From Gammaproteobacteria bacterium (GTDB lineage: Bacteria; Pseudomonadota; Gammaproteobacteria; Ga0077554; Ga007554), in assembly GCA_016191235.1 (NCBI GenBank), contig JACPOZ010000025.1, positions 3,894 through 67,893 of the forward strand: a DNA stretch of 64,000 nt, read 5' to 3'. How positions within the stretch are numbered: position 1 is the first letter of the stretch; the number at the start of each line of letters is the position of its first letter. Positions 38,589 through 50,556 of the stretch are shown here, piece by piece. The translations under genes were made by a program, and so were the position numbers. The notes below the pieces were generated by a model, which had not been told where the DNA came from, made no database searches, and worked only from the letters and a program-made list of their open reading frames with translations.

Positions 38589-39122
38589 TTATTCGGCCAT
38601 TACCAGGGATGTTGGATTTTCCTGCCACCCCCCCATCCCATCAGGCACTACTTCAATAAGCTCGGTTTTGGTCTCGGTAATCTGGGTGATTTTTCCGTTA
38701 TTCTGGCCAATATAGTTCCCGCGCTTTACCCAATAAACATTCCCGTCAGAGGCCTTGACGATCACCCATCTTTCGCCTCCGCGCTCCAATGTTCCCGTCA
38801 TTTTCAGTGCGTCTAGCGGGAAACTTTCAAGAGGCTCTTTGCGGCGTGTGCTATCAAGCTCAACGGCAGGGGCGCTGGAGGCGGCTCCCTGGGCAGCTTT
38901 TGCCGATGTTGGGCCAAAGGGATCGCGCCGGTCATTTACCTGGTACGCATAGGGCACGAAGGGCTCGATTTTTGGCATCGCTTCTATGGGGCCTTTGTTC
39001 CTGGCCTTGACCTGCGCAACATATTGGCGCAAATCTTCAACATGATCGGTGCTGCATCCCGCCAGTAAAAAGGCGGTCATTGTTAATGCAGCCGTGCGGT
39101 TGCGCAGCCTTGCGTAGCTCAC
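38589..39122 (-). CDS. pilP: Type IV pilus assembly lipoprotein PilP
   Basis: Lipobox LLAGC. Position in the pilMNOPQ operon. Overlapping stop/start with pilO. Confidence 0.85.
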   Translation of the reverse strand: MSYARLRNRTAALTMTAFLLAGCSTDHVEDLRQYVAQVKARNKGPIEAMPKIEPFVPYAYQVNDRRDPFGPTSAKAAQGAASSAPAVELDSTRRKEPLESFPLDALKMTGTLERGGERWVIVKASDGNVYWVKRGNYIGQNNGKITQITETKTELIEVVPDGMGGWQENPTSLVMAE

Positions 39123-39732
39123 TTCGATTCCTCCTCGAGGTAGCGATAAGTCTTTGCGGTTGCCTCCATAACCAATGAGCCCTTCAGGTCTTTTTTGTCC
39201 TTGCTATCTTTGTTTCCTGACAAGGGAGTTATGGATATATCGTGCAGCGTGACTATACGAGGCAAGGCGGCAACCCCGCTCACAAAATCGCCAAATTCAT
39301 TGTAGTTTCCCGCCACCCTGATTTTTATCGGCAACTCCGCATAAAACTCAACTGGCGATTCTTGCTCCGGCTTGAAAAGATCAAACTGCAGTCCGCTATT
39401 GATCCCTTTTTGTGATACGTCATCTATCAGGCCTTCCACCTCGGTTTTTCCGGGCAACTGGCGCAGCATGGCACCGAAGGATTTTTTGATATCCACCAGT
39501 TGCTTCCGGTAAACATCAAGATTGGCGGCCTTGTTTTGTTTTTGCTCGAAGGTTGTTTTTAATTCACTTTCTTTTTCCTCGGCTTGTCCAAGCACCTTGA
39601 TCTGTTCCTGTGTGTCAAACCAAAAGCCAGCGGCAAGCACGATAATGCAGACAATTGCTATCGCAGCCACCTTGGTGGGAATGGGCCACTTTCCCACATT
39701 GTTGAAGTCCAATTGATTCAAATCGGAGATTT

Positions 39733-39736
<4 letters not shown>
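39119..39736 (-). CDS. pilO: Type IV pilus assembly protein PilO
   Basis: Single TM segment, coiled coil, and operon position. Confidence 0.85.
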
Positions 39737-41444
<1,708 letters not shown>

Positions 41445-41553
41445 TTACGAGTAAAGTTACCAGGGGTGTTGGTCTAACACCATTAAAGGCTTTATAATTA
41501 CGCCTCGTCCTCTACATGCCTTATCGGCACGCGATTTCCCTTCCTTGAGTTCA

Positions 41554-43920
41554 ATGAACGATTTCTTTAAAAAACTGCGCACCGTGTTGCTGGTGTTGTT
41601 GGGCCTGTTTGCCGTGAGCGGTCTGGCGGCTGGGGGAATCTACTCCTATCTTGCGCCCAAGCTCCCCTCCACCGAGCACCTCAAGGATGTGCGTCTGCAA
41701 GTGCCACTGCGGGTGTATACCCATGACGGCAAATTGATCGGCGAGTTTGGCGAGATGAAACGTATCCCGCTGAAATATGCCGAGGTGCCTGATCTCATGA
41801 TCAAGGCCGTGCTGGCGGCGGAGGATGATCGCTATTTCCAGCACCATGGCGTTGATTACCAGGGCCTGCTGCGCGCTTCGTGGTATCTGCTCACCACCGG
41901 TGAAAAGGGCCAGGGCGGCAGTACCATCACCATGCAGGTGGCGCGCAATTTCTTCCTCAGTTCGGAAAAAACCTATTCGCGCAAAATCAGCGAAATAATG
42001 TTGGCTATGAAGATCGACCGCGAGCTGACCAAGGAAGAAATTCTTGAGCTTTATCTGAACAAAATTTATCTGGGCAACCGCGCCTACGGCCTTGGTGCCG
42101 CCGCGCAGGTCTATTACGGCACGGATCTCAAGCATCTCAGCGTGGCGCAAATGGCGATGATCGCCGGTTTGCCCAAAGCGCCTTCCCGATTCAACCCTAT
42201 CGTCGCCCCAGCCCGCGCATTGGAGCGCAGGAACTACGTGCTGCGGCGTTTGCACGAATTGGGGCACATTCCTGATGACGTATTTCGAGCGTCTCTCGCC
42301 GAACCGGACCGGGCGTCCTTGCATGCACTGGCCCCCGAGGTTGAGGCGCCGGATATCGCCGAAATGGCACGTGCCGCCGTGGTTGAACGCTATGGCGAGG
42401 CGGCGTACACCTCCGGCATGAGGGTCTATACCACCCTCGATTCCCGCCTCCAGCGCGCCGCCACGGCAGCGTTGCGCGGCGCCGTGCTCGCCTATGATGG
42501 GCGGCATGGTTACCGTGGGCCGGAGCGCCATGTCACGCTGCCTGCATCCGCAGGGGCGCAGGAATGGCGCAAGGCGCTGGAGGGTTTGTCAACTGCGGGC
42601 GGCCTGCCGCCCGGTGTGGTGATCGGGGTGCAACCGCAAGCTATTTCAGTCGCGCTGGCCGATGGCAGAAAGGTTCAGATACCTTGGGCAGGTTTGTCCT
42701 GGGCGCAGGGTTACCGTGCTTCACCTCGGCCTGTTGCCGCAGCGTCCGGCAGCGCGGCGATGTTCCGTACCGGAGATGTGGTGCGTCTGCAACCCGTACA
42801 GGGCGGTCAATGGCGGTTGGCGCAGATCCCCAAGGTTGAAGGGGCGATGGTTGCGATCAGGCCGGATGATGGCGCGATAGTCTCCCTGGCGGGTGGTTTT
42901 GATTTCGCCCGGAGCAAGTTCAACCGTGTCACGCAAGCCTCTCGCCAGCCCGGCTCCAGCTTTAAACCATTCCTCTACTCCGCCGCGCTGGAGCATGGCT
43001 ATACCCCCGCCAGCCTGATCAATGACGCCCCGCTGATGTTTGGTGATGCCACTGATCCCAATGCCTGGCGCCCGCAAAACTATAACGAAGAGTTTCTCGG
43101 TCCCATGCGCTTGCGCGAGGCGCTGGTACTCTCGCGCAACCTGGTCTCTATACGCCTGCTACAGGCGATAGGCATTGAAACTGCGCTCAATCATGTTTCC
43201 CGCTTCGGCTTTCAGACCCAGAACTGGCCACGCAACCTGTCGCTAGCGCTGGGCAGCATGAGCATCACGCCGCTCGACCTGGCCCGCGCCTACACCGTAT
43301 TTGCCAATGGCGGTTACCGGGTACAGCCGTACTACATCGAGCGCATCGAGGACATGAAAGGCGCAGTGCTGATGCAAGCCAAGCCCGCCAAGGTGTGTCC
43401 CACCTGCACGGATGCCACTGCCGCGCCGCGTGTCGTTTCAGCGCAGAATGTCTACCTCATGACCTCTATGATGCAAGACGTAATCCGTCGTGGCACCGCC
43501 AAGCGCGCGATGCAGCTTGGCCGTCAGGATCTGGCGGGAAAGACCGGCACCACCAACGAACAGCGCGATACCTGGTTCGCCGGATACAATCCCGGCATGG
43601 TGGCGGTCAGCTGGGTGGGGTTCGACACCCCCACTCCGATGGGCGCGCAAGAAACGGGTGGCTCTGCCGCGTTGCCGATGTGGATGAGCTTCATGGCGAC
43701 GGCGCTTAACGGCGTGCCGGAACGCGCGCTCGAACAGCCTCCCGGCCTGGTAACGGTGCGCATCAACCCTGCCACGGGATTGCTTGCCGGCGCGAACGAT
43801 GCGGGCGCGATTTTTGAGACTTTCCCTGAAAATGCCGTGCCCGCCGAAGGTGAAGCCCAACCTGCGGTACTTGATGGCGGTGCGGAAGGCGGCGCGGCCG
43901 CGCCTGAACAACTGTTCTGA
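41554..43920 (+). CDS. mrcA: Penicillin-binding protein 1A (bifunctional transglycosylase/transpeptidase)
   Basis: GT51 motifs (EDDRYFQHHGVD, GGSTITMQ, RKISE). TPase motifs SSFKP, SRN, KTGTT. Divergent from pilM, as in many proteobacteria. Confidence 0.9.
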   Translation: MNDFFKKLRTVLLVLLGLFAVSGLAAGGIYSYLAPKLPSTEHLKDVRLQVPLRVYTHDGKLIGEFGEMKRIPLKYAEVPDLMIKAVLAAEDDRYFQHHGVDYQGLLRASWYLLTTGEKGQGGSTITMQVARNFFLSSEKTYSRKISEIMLAMKIDRELTKEEILELYLNKIYLGNRAYGLGAAAQVYYGTDLKHLSVAQMAMIAGLPKAPSRFNPIVAPARALERRNYVLRRLHELGHIPDDVFRASLAEPDRASLHALAPEVEAPDIAEMARAAVVERYGEAAYTSGMRVYTTLDSRLQRAATAALRGAVLAYDGRHGYRGPERHVTLPASAGAQEWRKALEGLSTAGGLPPGVVIGVQPQAISVALADGRKVQIPWAGLSWAQGYRASPRPVAAASGSAAMFRTGDVVRLQPVQGGQWRLAQIPKVEGAMVAIRPDDGAIVSLAGGFDFARSKFNRVTQASRQPGSSFKPFLYSAALEHGYTPASLINDAPLMFGDATDPNAWRPQNYNEEFLGPMRLREALVLSRNLVSIRLLQAIGIETALNHVSRFGFQTQNWPRNLSLALGSMSITPLDLARAYTVFANGGYRVQPYYIERIEDMKGAVLMQAKPAKVCPTCTDATAAPRVVSAQNVYLMTSMMQDVIRRGTAKRAMQLGRQDLAGKTGTTNEQRDTWFAGYNPGMVAVSWVGFDTPTPMGAQETGGSAALPMWMSFMATALNGVPERALEQPPGLVTVRINPATGLLAGANDAGAIFETFPENAVPAEGEAQPAVLDGGAEGGAAAPEQLF

Positions 43921-44534
43921 TGGCTTCTCGCGCAAGCAACGCCACCGATAAGCGCATGCGCCAGCGCCTCGCCATGGAAGCCGCGCGCATCATGGCTGAA
44001 GAAGGTATTGACGACTATGGCGCGGCCAAGCGCAAGGCGGCAGCCCGCCTCGGCGCCGCCGATACGCGCAACCTGCCGCGCAATGACGAGATTGAACAGG
44101 CACTGGAGGAATATCTGCGTCTGTTCAAATCCGATACGCAGCCCGCCAAACTCAAGCAGTTGCGCCAGACCGCCGTGCAGGCGATGCGCTTTGTGGAGCA
44201 GTTCAATCCGCGCCTCGTCGGCCCGGTGCTGAACGGCACCGCCGCAGAACATAGCGGCGTCAATCTGCATGTATTTACGGATGTTCCCGAGGAAGTGGGA
44301 TTATTTTTGGCCCACAAACACATCCCCCATGAGCTGGCGGACAAGCACCTGACCTTGATGGATGGCAGCCAGGCCAGCTATCCCCTCTACCGTTTTGTAG
44401 CCCAGGATGTAGCGATTGAACTGGTGGTGTTCCCCGTGGACGGCATCCGCCAGGCACCACGCAGCCCCACCGACGGGCGCCCGATGCGGCGCGCGGCTGT
44501 TGCGGCGGTGGAGGAGTTGCTGGCGGGGTCTTGA
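43920..44534 (+). CDS. Conserved hypothetical protein, translationally coupled to mrcA
   Basis: ATG overlaps the mrcA stop (TGATG). 204 aa. No family recognised. Confidence 0.55.
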   Translation: MASRASNATDKRMRQRLAMEAARIMAEEGIDDYGAAKRKAAARLGAADTRNLPRNDEIEQALEEYLRLFKSDTQPAKLKQLRQTAVQAMRFVEQFNPRLVGPVLNGTAAEHSGVNLHVFTDVPEEVGLFLAHKHIPHELADKHLTLMDGSQASYPLYRFVAQDVAIELVVFPVDGIRQAPRSPTDGRPMRRAAVAAVEELLAGS

Positions 44535-44616
44535 ACCGGCTGGCTACCCTCAATGCAGGGTACACGGCGCGCGCGGACCGATGATCCTCACCATATGATC
44601 CTAAAAACCGCTTTTT

Positions 44617-44747
44617 GTCCACGAAAAACACGTTGTCACGAAATAAAACAAAAACATGGATTGCTTCAGCAATTCACCGGATGGGCGGCAAGTAAAATCG
44701 CGATATGTATTTGAACATTTTCGTGTTTTTTTGTTATTTTCGTGGAT
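44617..44747. mobile_element. About 130-bp element with TCCACGAAAA terminal inverted repeats (copy A)
   Basis: GTCCACGAAAA at 44617-44627 and TTTTCGTGGAT at 44737-44747. Extra internal CACGAAA/TTTCGTG copies are present. It lies in a convergent intergenic region. Confidence 0.55.
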
Positions 44748-44792
44748 GCCTGAGGTTTTTAGGTTCAACCCCCGCGATAGACGAGTATCGCC

Positions 44793-46466
44793 TCAATCCG
44801 TTACCGCCCCTTTGCTGGCGCTGGACACCAGCTTGGCGTATTTTGCCAACACGCCTGTGGTGTAGCGGGGTTTGGGCGGGAGCCAAGTCGCGCGGCGGCG
44901 CGTGAGTTCTTCGTCGGGGACGTTGAGTTGCAACAGGCGTGCTTCGGCATCAATGGTGATGCTGTCGCCTTCCTGTACCAAGGCGATGGTGCCGCCCACT
45001 GCCGCTTCGGGGGCGACGTGGCCGACGACCATGCCGTAGGTGCCGCCGGAGAAGCGTCCATCCGTAATGAGGCCGACGCTGTCACCCAATCCTTCACCGA
45101 TGATGGCGGAGGTGGGGGAGAGCATTTCGCGCATGCCGGGACCGCCTTTAGGGCCTTCGTAACGGATCACAACCACATCGCCCGCTTTGATTTTTTGGTC
45201 AAGAATGGCTTGCATGCAGGCTTCTTCGGAGTCATACACACGCGCCGGGCCGGTGATTTTGGCGTTTTTCACGCCGGTGATTTTGGCCACCGCGCCTTCG
45301 GTTGCCAGATTGCCCTTGAGCACGGCAAGGTGCCCTTGTGCGTACACGGGGTTGTTCCAGGGGCGAATCACATCCTGATCGGCGCGTGGCTCGGCGGGTA
45401 TGTCCTTCAATACCTCGGCGATGGTCTGGCCAGTGATGGTGAGTGCGTCGCCGTGCAGCAGGCCGTGATCGAGCAGCATTTTCATGACTTGCGGCACGCC
45501 ACCCGCTTGATGCAGATCCGTCGCCACGTATTTGCCGGAAGGCTTCAGGTCGCACAGCACCGGCACACGGCCACGCATTGTTTCAAAGTCATCTATGCTC
45601 AATTCCACGCCGGCGGTATGTGCAATCGCCAGGAAGTGCAGCACGGCATTGGTGGAGCCGCCTACAGCCATGATGACGGCGATGGCGTTTTCGATGGACT
45701 TGCGAGTGATGATGTCGAGAGGCAGGATCTGTTTTTTGATGGCCTGCACCAGCACTTCGGCGGATTTGGCCGTATTTTCGGCTTTCTCTGCATCTTCCGC
45801 CGCCATGGTGGAGGAATACGGCAGACTCATGCCCATCGCCTCAAAGGCCGACGACATAGTGTTGGCGGTATACATGCCGCCGCACGAGCCCGCGCCGGGG
45901 CAGGCGTTGCGTTCAATACCCGTCAATTCTTCTTCGTCGATTTTATGCGCGGTGAATTGGCCTACCGCCTCAAAAGCACTCACCACGGTGAGATCGCGCC
46001 CACGGTAATGACCGGGCTTGATGGTGCCTCCGTAGACGAAAATCGCGGGGATATTCAATCGGGCGATGGCAATCATTGCGCCAGGCATGTTTTTGTCGCA
46101 ACCACCAATGGCGATGACACCGTCCATGCTCTGACCGTTGCACACGGTTTCGATGGAATCTGCAATCACTTCACGTGATACCAGCGAATATTTCATGCCT
46201 TCCGTGCCCATGGATATGCCATCGGAAATGGTGATGGTACCGAACACCTGCGGCATCGCGCCCGCCCGCTTCAGCGCCTGCTCTGCGCGCGCCGCGAGGC
46301 TGCCTATGCCCATATTGCACGGGGTAATGGTGCTGTGGGCATTGGAGATGCCGACGATAGGTTTGTCGAAGTCCCCATTGGTAAAGCCCACCGCGCGCAG
46401 CATGGCGCGGTTAGGGGAGCGCTGCACGCCTTGAGTGACTGTTTTGCTTCTGCGGTTATCGGACAT
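44793..46466 (-). CDS. ilvD: Dihydroxy-acid dehydratase
   Basis: [28 protein letters not shown].., CDKNMPG, and a C-terminal ILVD_EDD signature. Start at the internal Met (ORF-track start 46574). Confidence 0.92.
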   Translation of the reverse strand: MSDNRRSKTVTQGVQRSPNRAMLRAVGFTNGDFDKPIVGISNAHSTITPCNMGIGSLAARAEQALKRAGAMPQVFGTITISDGISMGTEGMKYSLVSREVIADSIETVCNGQSMDGVIAIGGCDKNMPGAMIAIARLNIPAIFVYGGTIKPGHYRGRDLTVVSAFEAVGQFTAHKIDEEELTGIERNACPGAGSCGGMYTANTMSSAFEAMGMSLPYSSTMAAEDAEKAENTAKSAEVLVQAIKKQILPLDIITRKSIENAIAVIMAVGGSTNAVLHFLAIAHTAGVELSIDDFETMRGRVPVLCDLKPSGKYVATDLHQAGGVPQVMKMLLDHGLLHGDALTITGQTIAEVLKDIPAEPRADQDVIRPWNNPVYAQGHLAVLKGNLATEGAVAKITGVKNAKITGPARVYDSEEACMQAILDQKIKAGDVVVIRYEGPKGGPGMREMLSPTSAIIGEGLGDSVGLITDGRFSGGTYGMVVGHVAPEAAVGGTIALVQEGDSITIDAEARLLQLNVPDEELTRRRATWLPPKPRYTTGVLAKYAKLVSSASKGAVTD

Positions 46467-46626
46467 TGTTTTATTCCTTGATGAAGAGAAAAATGCAGGC
46501 AGATCTTGCTGGGAATTATCGGCGATCTTGGGCCAAGAAGAAAGCGTAAGCCGCAGGTCAGGCAACCGCGTCACACCAACCTGACCTGCATGCCCTGTGT
46601 CCTCTGTGCCTCCGTAGCTAAATCAA

Positions 46627-49008
46627 CTACCGCGTCAGCCCCATATACAGCATCGGTAATTTTTCCGGCAGGCGCTGCACGTGATCCACCACCATGAAGT
46701 TTTTTGCACCGAAAATGCGTGACACATACTGGTCGGCGTGGGGATCGAGGCTCATGCAATAGGTGAGAATGCCATTGCGATTCATCTCTTCCACCGATTT
46801 TTTGGCATCGAAGCGCAGGTATTGCGGGTCGCGCACGTCGACATCAGCGGGTTCGCCATCGGTGATCACCAGCAGCAGTTTTTTGCTAGACGACTGATAC
46901 TTCAGGAACTGACCGGCATGACGGATTGCGGTACCCATGCGCGTCGATAGCTGGCCGGTCATGCCCGCGATTCTGGCCCTGGCCTTCTCGTCATACGGCG
47001 CGCCGAAATCCTTGAAGCGGTAGTATTCCACGTCATGGCGGCCATTGGATGAGAACCCATGAATGGCAAAGGGATCTCCGATCTTGTTCATGGCATCGGC
47101 AAGCAACACGGTGGCCTCGCGTGACAGCGAGAGTACCGAACTCTCCGAACCGCGCACCAGTTCGTTGGTGGACTCGGACAGGTCCAGCAACACCAGCACC
47201 GACAGATCGCGCACCTTGCGGATATTGCGCATCATGATGCGCGGGTCGGGCATCTCGCCCTGGCGTATTTCGATCATGGCGCGAATCGCGGCGTTGATGT
47301 CGATCTCGTCGCCGTCCTCCTGCTTGCGCAATCGCTGCACACCTTGCGGCTGCATGGCCTCGATCAGGTATTTCAGGCGGCTGATGATAGGCTTGTTCTT
47401 CGCCACAATGTCATCGACAACGGCCAAATCACCAAGCTGGGGGCGCTTTTCCAGCAACGTGCACCAACTCGGGCGCTCCAGCTGAATCTGATAATCCCAT
47501 TCGTGGTAGTGATAGGGCAGGGAAACCGGCTCCTTGCCTTCCATTTCATTATAGCTCTTGCCCTCGTCCTCGTAGGGGAACAACTCGGTAGGCAGCACCC
47601 AGATCTCCTCGGCGTCATCGCCCGCCGTCTCCACGTCGATCTCGTTGACGAACTCCATCAGGCTGACATGCTTGCGCACCTGCTTGGCCGCGCCCCAGGT
47701 GGCCTCCAGACTTTTGGCAAAATCGAATTCCTCGAATTCCCAGAAATAGCGGTTGTCGTCGCGGTACGGCGCGCGCAACACATCGGAGCGAGGATTAAAT
47801 GAGGCGAGGCGCATCTGCGCAAAATCATGCGCCAGGGTAACGCCGATGTCCCAGGAGATCCGGTTGGTGTCTAGCGGCGTCCTGCCTCCCGCCACACTCG
47901 CAGGTCCCTGTGCAGCGTCAGCGAGGCTTTCCTGTGCTTCACGAAACAGCTCGCGACCTTTTTGAATCCACGCATGATCGTCCTGGTAATCGGGATCGAG
48001 CAGCGCCCGCGCCAGGCGATTGAGAAAATCACCTACGCTTGCCTGCTGGTCAGGGGTAGCGACATGAAGCGCGGCCCACAGTTGACGCAAACCGGGAAAG
48101 GCGTTGATCGCAAGCTGCTCCACCCGCGCGTCCTCGATGACAGAGACCACCGCCATTTGCAGCGGACTCAGGTTTTCTGCGGAGATTGGCGTGTGCGAAT
48201 AAACGATATGGGCCGCGGCATGGGCGGCGGTAGCGCGGTACAGCTCCAGGCCGGGAATACCCTCGAAATCATCGTAGGCATCCGGCAGGTGAATGAAATA
48301 GTTCTCGATGAAGGGCTGATAACCCTCGCGGTTCTCGAAGTCGCCGCTGGTAGGGCGCATAAAGAAGTCCCGACCCCACAAGGCGCGCAAGTAGATGTTG
48401 ATGCGCCGCTGCACATCCACGAACAACGTACCCTTGCGCTCTTTTTGCAGCACCGCCAGCGCTTCTTTGCTTTCCAGTCCGAAGTACCGGACCTGCTCGG
48501 GATAATCAGTGCGGTGCGCCTGCGCACCCCACAATGCCCAGCGCCGCAGACCACCCAGGGTGAGCTGGCCGAACAGCACGTCCAGCTTGTCCAGCATCGG
48601 GCGCAGCCCGCGCGGTGCCTGGGCGATCAGGTGATTAAGCAATTGCAGATAACCGCGGAACAACTGCTCGTCGCCCAGGCGCTTGGCGGCGATAGGCGCG
48701 GTGGCGAAAATCATCTCGATCACCGCGCCACTGGTCTTGGATGCCATCATCATGGCAGTTTGCACCAGGTCGGGCACGGCATCCTCGCCGATTTCCCGCG
48801 CCACCTCCGGCGCCTCCTGGAGATAGGTGATAACCAGCTCGATGCCGCGCCCAAGGTTTTTCAGGCCCTTTGCGCCTTGCAGGTAATCTTCCAGCCCCCT
48901 GGGGCTGAACACCTTTGTCGCCTCCTGCCACGAAGCGCGCAACACGTCTGTGGCGTGCTCGCCCAGTTCGTCGAGGATATCCTGATAGTCTTCGAGATTG
49001 ATTGCCAT
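46627..49008 (-). CDS. cbbO: RuBisCO activase adaptor CbbO (vWA domain)
   Basis: 793 aa. C-terminal vWA/MIDAS LVLLDLSESTN. Follows cbbQ downstream of cbbLS. Confidence 0.85.
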   Translation of the reverse strand: MAINLEDYQDILDELGEHATDVLRASWQEATKVFSPRGLEDYLQGAKGLKNLGRGIELVITYLQEAPEVAREIGEDAVPDLVQTAMMMASKTSGAVIEMIFATAPIAAKRLGDEQLFRGYLQLLNHLIAQAPRGLRPMLDKLDVLFGQLTLGGLRRWALWGAQAHRTDYPEQVRYFGLESKEALAVLQKERKGTLFVDVQRRINIYLRALWGRDFFMRPTSGDFENREGYQPFIENYFIHLPDAYDDFEGIPGLELYRATAAHAAAHIVYSHTPISAENLSPLQMAVVSVIEDARVEQLAINAFPGLRQLWAALHVATPDQQASVGDFLNRLARALLDPDYQDDHAWIQKGRELFREAQESLADAAQGPASVAGGRTPLDTNRISWDIGVTLAHDFAQMRLASFNPRSDVLRAPYRDDNRYFWEFEEFDFAKSLEATWGAAKQVRKHVSLMEFVNEIDVETAGDDAEEIWVLPTELFPYEDEGKSYNEMEGKEPVSLPYHYHEWDYQIQLERPSWCTLLEKRPQLGDLAVVDDIVAKNKPIISRLKYLIEAMQPQGVQRLRKQEDGDEIDINAAIRAMIEIRQGEMPDPRIMMRNIRKVRDLSVLVLLDLSESTNELVRGSESSVLSLSREATVLLADAMNKIGDPFAIHGFSSNGRHDVEYYRFKDFGAPYDEKARARIAGMTGQLSTRMGTAIRHAGQFLKYQSSSKKLLLVITDGEPADVDVRDPQYLRFDAKKSVEEMNRNGILTYCMSLDPHADQYVSRIFGAKNFMVVDHVQRLPEKLPMLYMGLTR

Positions 49009-49126
49009 GTTTTAAGGGTCCAGAGGTCAGGGATCAGTGTGCAGGTCGAATCAAGTTGGCGGAGCCAACCTGCGTATCTCCAGCGGTCAGGAGCCAGGGG
49101 CATGGCTTTCACCGGCCCCCCGATCC

Positions 49127-49930
49127 CTAAAAAAACGTCGTTACCGCCGCGTCCAACGCATCGCGCATGTCGGGGTCGTCGGTGATCGGACGCACCAGGG
49201 TGACGCGGCAGGCGTTTTGCGGATCGACGCCCTTGGCGATGAGCGAGCCTGCGTATACCAGCATACGGGTGGAGATACCTTCATCCAGGCCGTGCCCCTT
49301 GAGGTTGCGGGCACGCTCGGCGATGCTCACCAGTTTGCCTGCGACATCACTGCTGACGCCGGTTTCATGCGCCACGATCTCGGTTTCGACATCATGCGAC
49401 GGATAGTTGAAATCCAGCGCACCGAAACGCTGCTTGGTGGATTGTTTCAGATCCTTCATCAGGCTCTGATAGCCCGGATTATAGGAAATAACCAACTGGA
49501 AATCGGGATGGGCCTGCACCAACTCGCCTTTCTTTTCCAGCGGCAGCATACGGCGCGCATCGGTGAGCGGATGGATCACCACCGTGGTGTCTTGGCGCGC
49601 CTCGACGACTTCATCAAGGTAACAGATCGCACCATAACGGGCGGCGATGGCGAGCGGCCCGTCCTGCCAGCGCGTGCCACTGGCGTCGAGCAGGAAACGC
49701 CCCACCAGATCGGAGGCCGTCATGTCTTCATTACAAGCGACAGTGATGAGCGGCTTGCCGAGTTTCCACGCTATGTATTCGACAAAGCGGGTCTTGCCGC
49801 AGCCGGTCGGGCCTTTCAGCATCATCGGCATGCGCACGGAATAGGCCGCCTCGTACAGCTCGATTTCATCCGCAACCGGGTGATAGTAAGGTTTTTCGGT
49901 TATCAGGTACTGCTTGATCACATCGTTCAT
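49127..49930 (-). CDS. cbbQ: RuBisCO activase AAA+ (MoxR) ATPase CbbQ
   Basis: Walker A GPTGCGKT, Walker B ICYLDEV. CbbQ/NorQ-like over its whole length. Confidence 0.9.
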   Translation of the reverse strand: MNDVIKQYLITEKPYYHPVADEIELYEAAYSVRMPMMLKGPTGCGKTRFVEYIAWKLGKPLITVACNEDMTASDLVGRFLLDASGTRWQDGPLAIAARYGAICYLDEVVEARQDTTVVIHPLTDARRMLPLEKKGELVQAHPDFQLVISYNPGYQSLMKDLKQSTKQRFGALDFNYPSHDVETEIVAHETGVSSDVAGKLVSIAERARNLKGHGLDEGISTRMLVYAGSLIAKGVDPQNACRVTLVRPITDDPDMRDALDAAVTTFF

Positions 49931-49949
49931 GGTCCACTTACTCCAGTAT

Positions 49950-50023
49950 GTTTAACCGCCAAGGCGTCAAGAATTTTGCACTTTAATTCTTGGGCGGCGC
50001 TCTTGACGCCTTGGCGGTTAAAC
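49950..50023 (-). promoter_or_regulatory. 23-bp perfect inverted repeat (28-nt spacer) in the cbbS-cbbQ intergenic region
   Basis: 49950-49972 GTTTAACCGCCAAGGCGTCAAGA pairs exactly with 50001-50023. It ends 19 nt upstream of the cbbQ ATG. A GC-rich segment plus T8 run (minus strand) lies just upstream, around 50030-50100. Confidence 0.7.
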
Positions 50024-50104
50024 TCATTTCCAAAAAAAACCCCCGCCACCTTGCGGCAACGAGGGCTTTTTACATGCAGGGGCGGGTTCACCGCCCTTAC
50101 AGAT

Positions 50105-50461
50105 TTAAACCGTCTTACCGCGGTAGACAACCATGGCAGCACCCTGAGACTGGGCAAAATTGTCATACCCAATCAGGCGGATGTGGTTATCGGGGTTGGC
50201 CTTGTGGCAAGCCTCGGCTTCGGCCAGGATCTTGCTCACATCGGTCTCGCCGAACATCGGCAGCTTCCACATATACCAGTAGTCATCCATCAGGTTTTCT
50301 GGCTCGACGTGCTCAACAGCCGGATTCCAGCCCTTTTTGACGAGGTATTCCACCTGCTTTTTGATTTCGTCAGATGTCATCGCCGGCAGGTAGGAGAAGG
50401 TCTCGAACTTGCGGCTGGCGGGGTCGCTCAGGCGTGACTTGTAATCTTGCATTTCGCTCAT
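50105..50461 (-). CDS. cbbS: RuBisCO small subunit
   Basis: 118 aa. ..[32 protein letters not shown]... Confidence 0.92.
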   Translation of the reverse strand: MSEMQDYKSRLSDPASRKFETFSYLPAMTSDEIKKQVEYLVKKGWNPAVEHVEPENLMDDYWYMWKLPMFGETDVSKILAEAEACHKANPDNHIRLIGYDNFAQSQGAAMVVYRGKTV

Positions 50462-50556
50462 TTTCTAAAACTCCTCAATTCTGTGTGCTATGGAATTGCA
50501 GGAGCGGCCTTGGCCGCGATCAATCGCGAGCAAGTTCCGCCCCCGCATGTGCGCGC

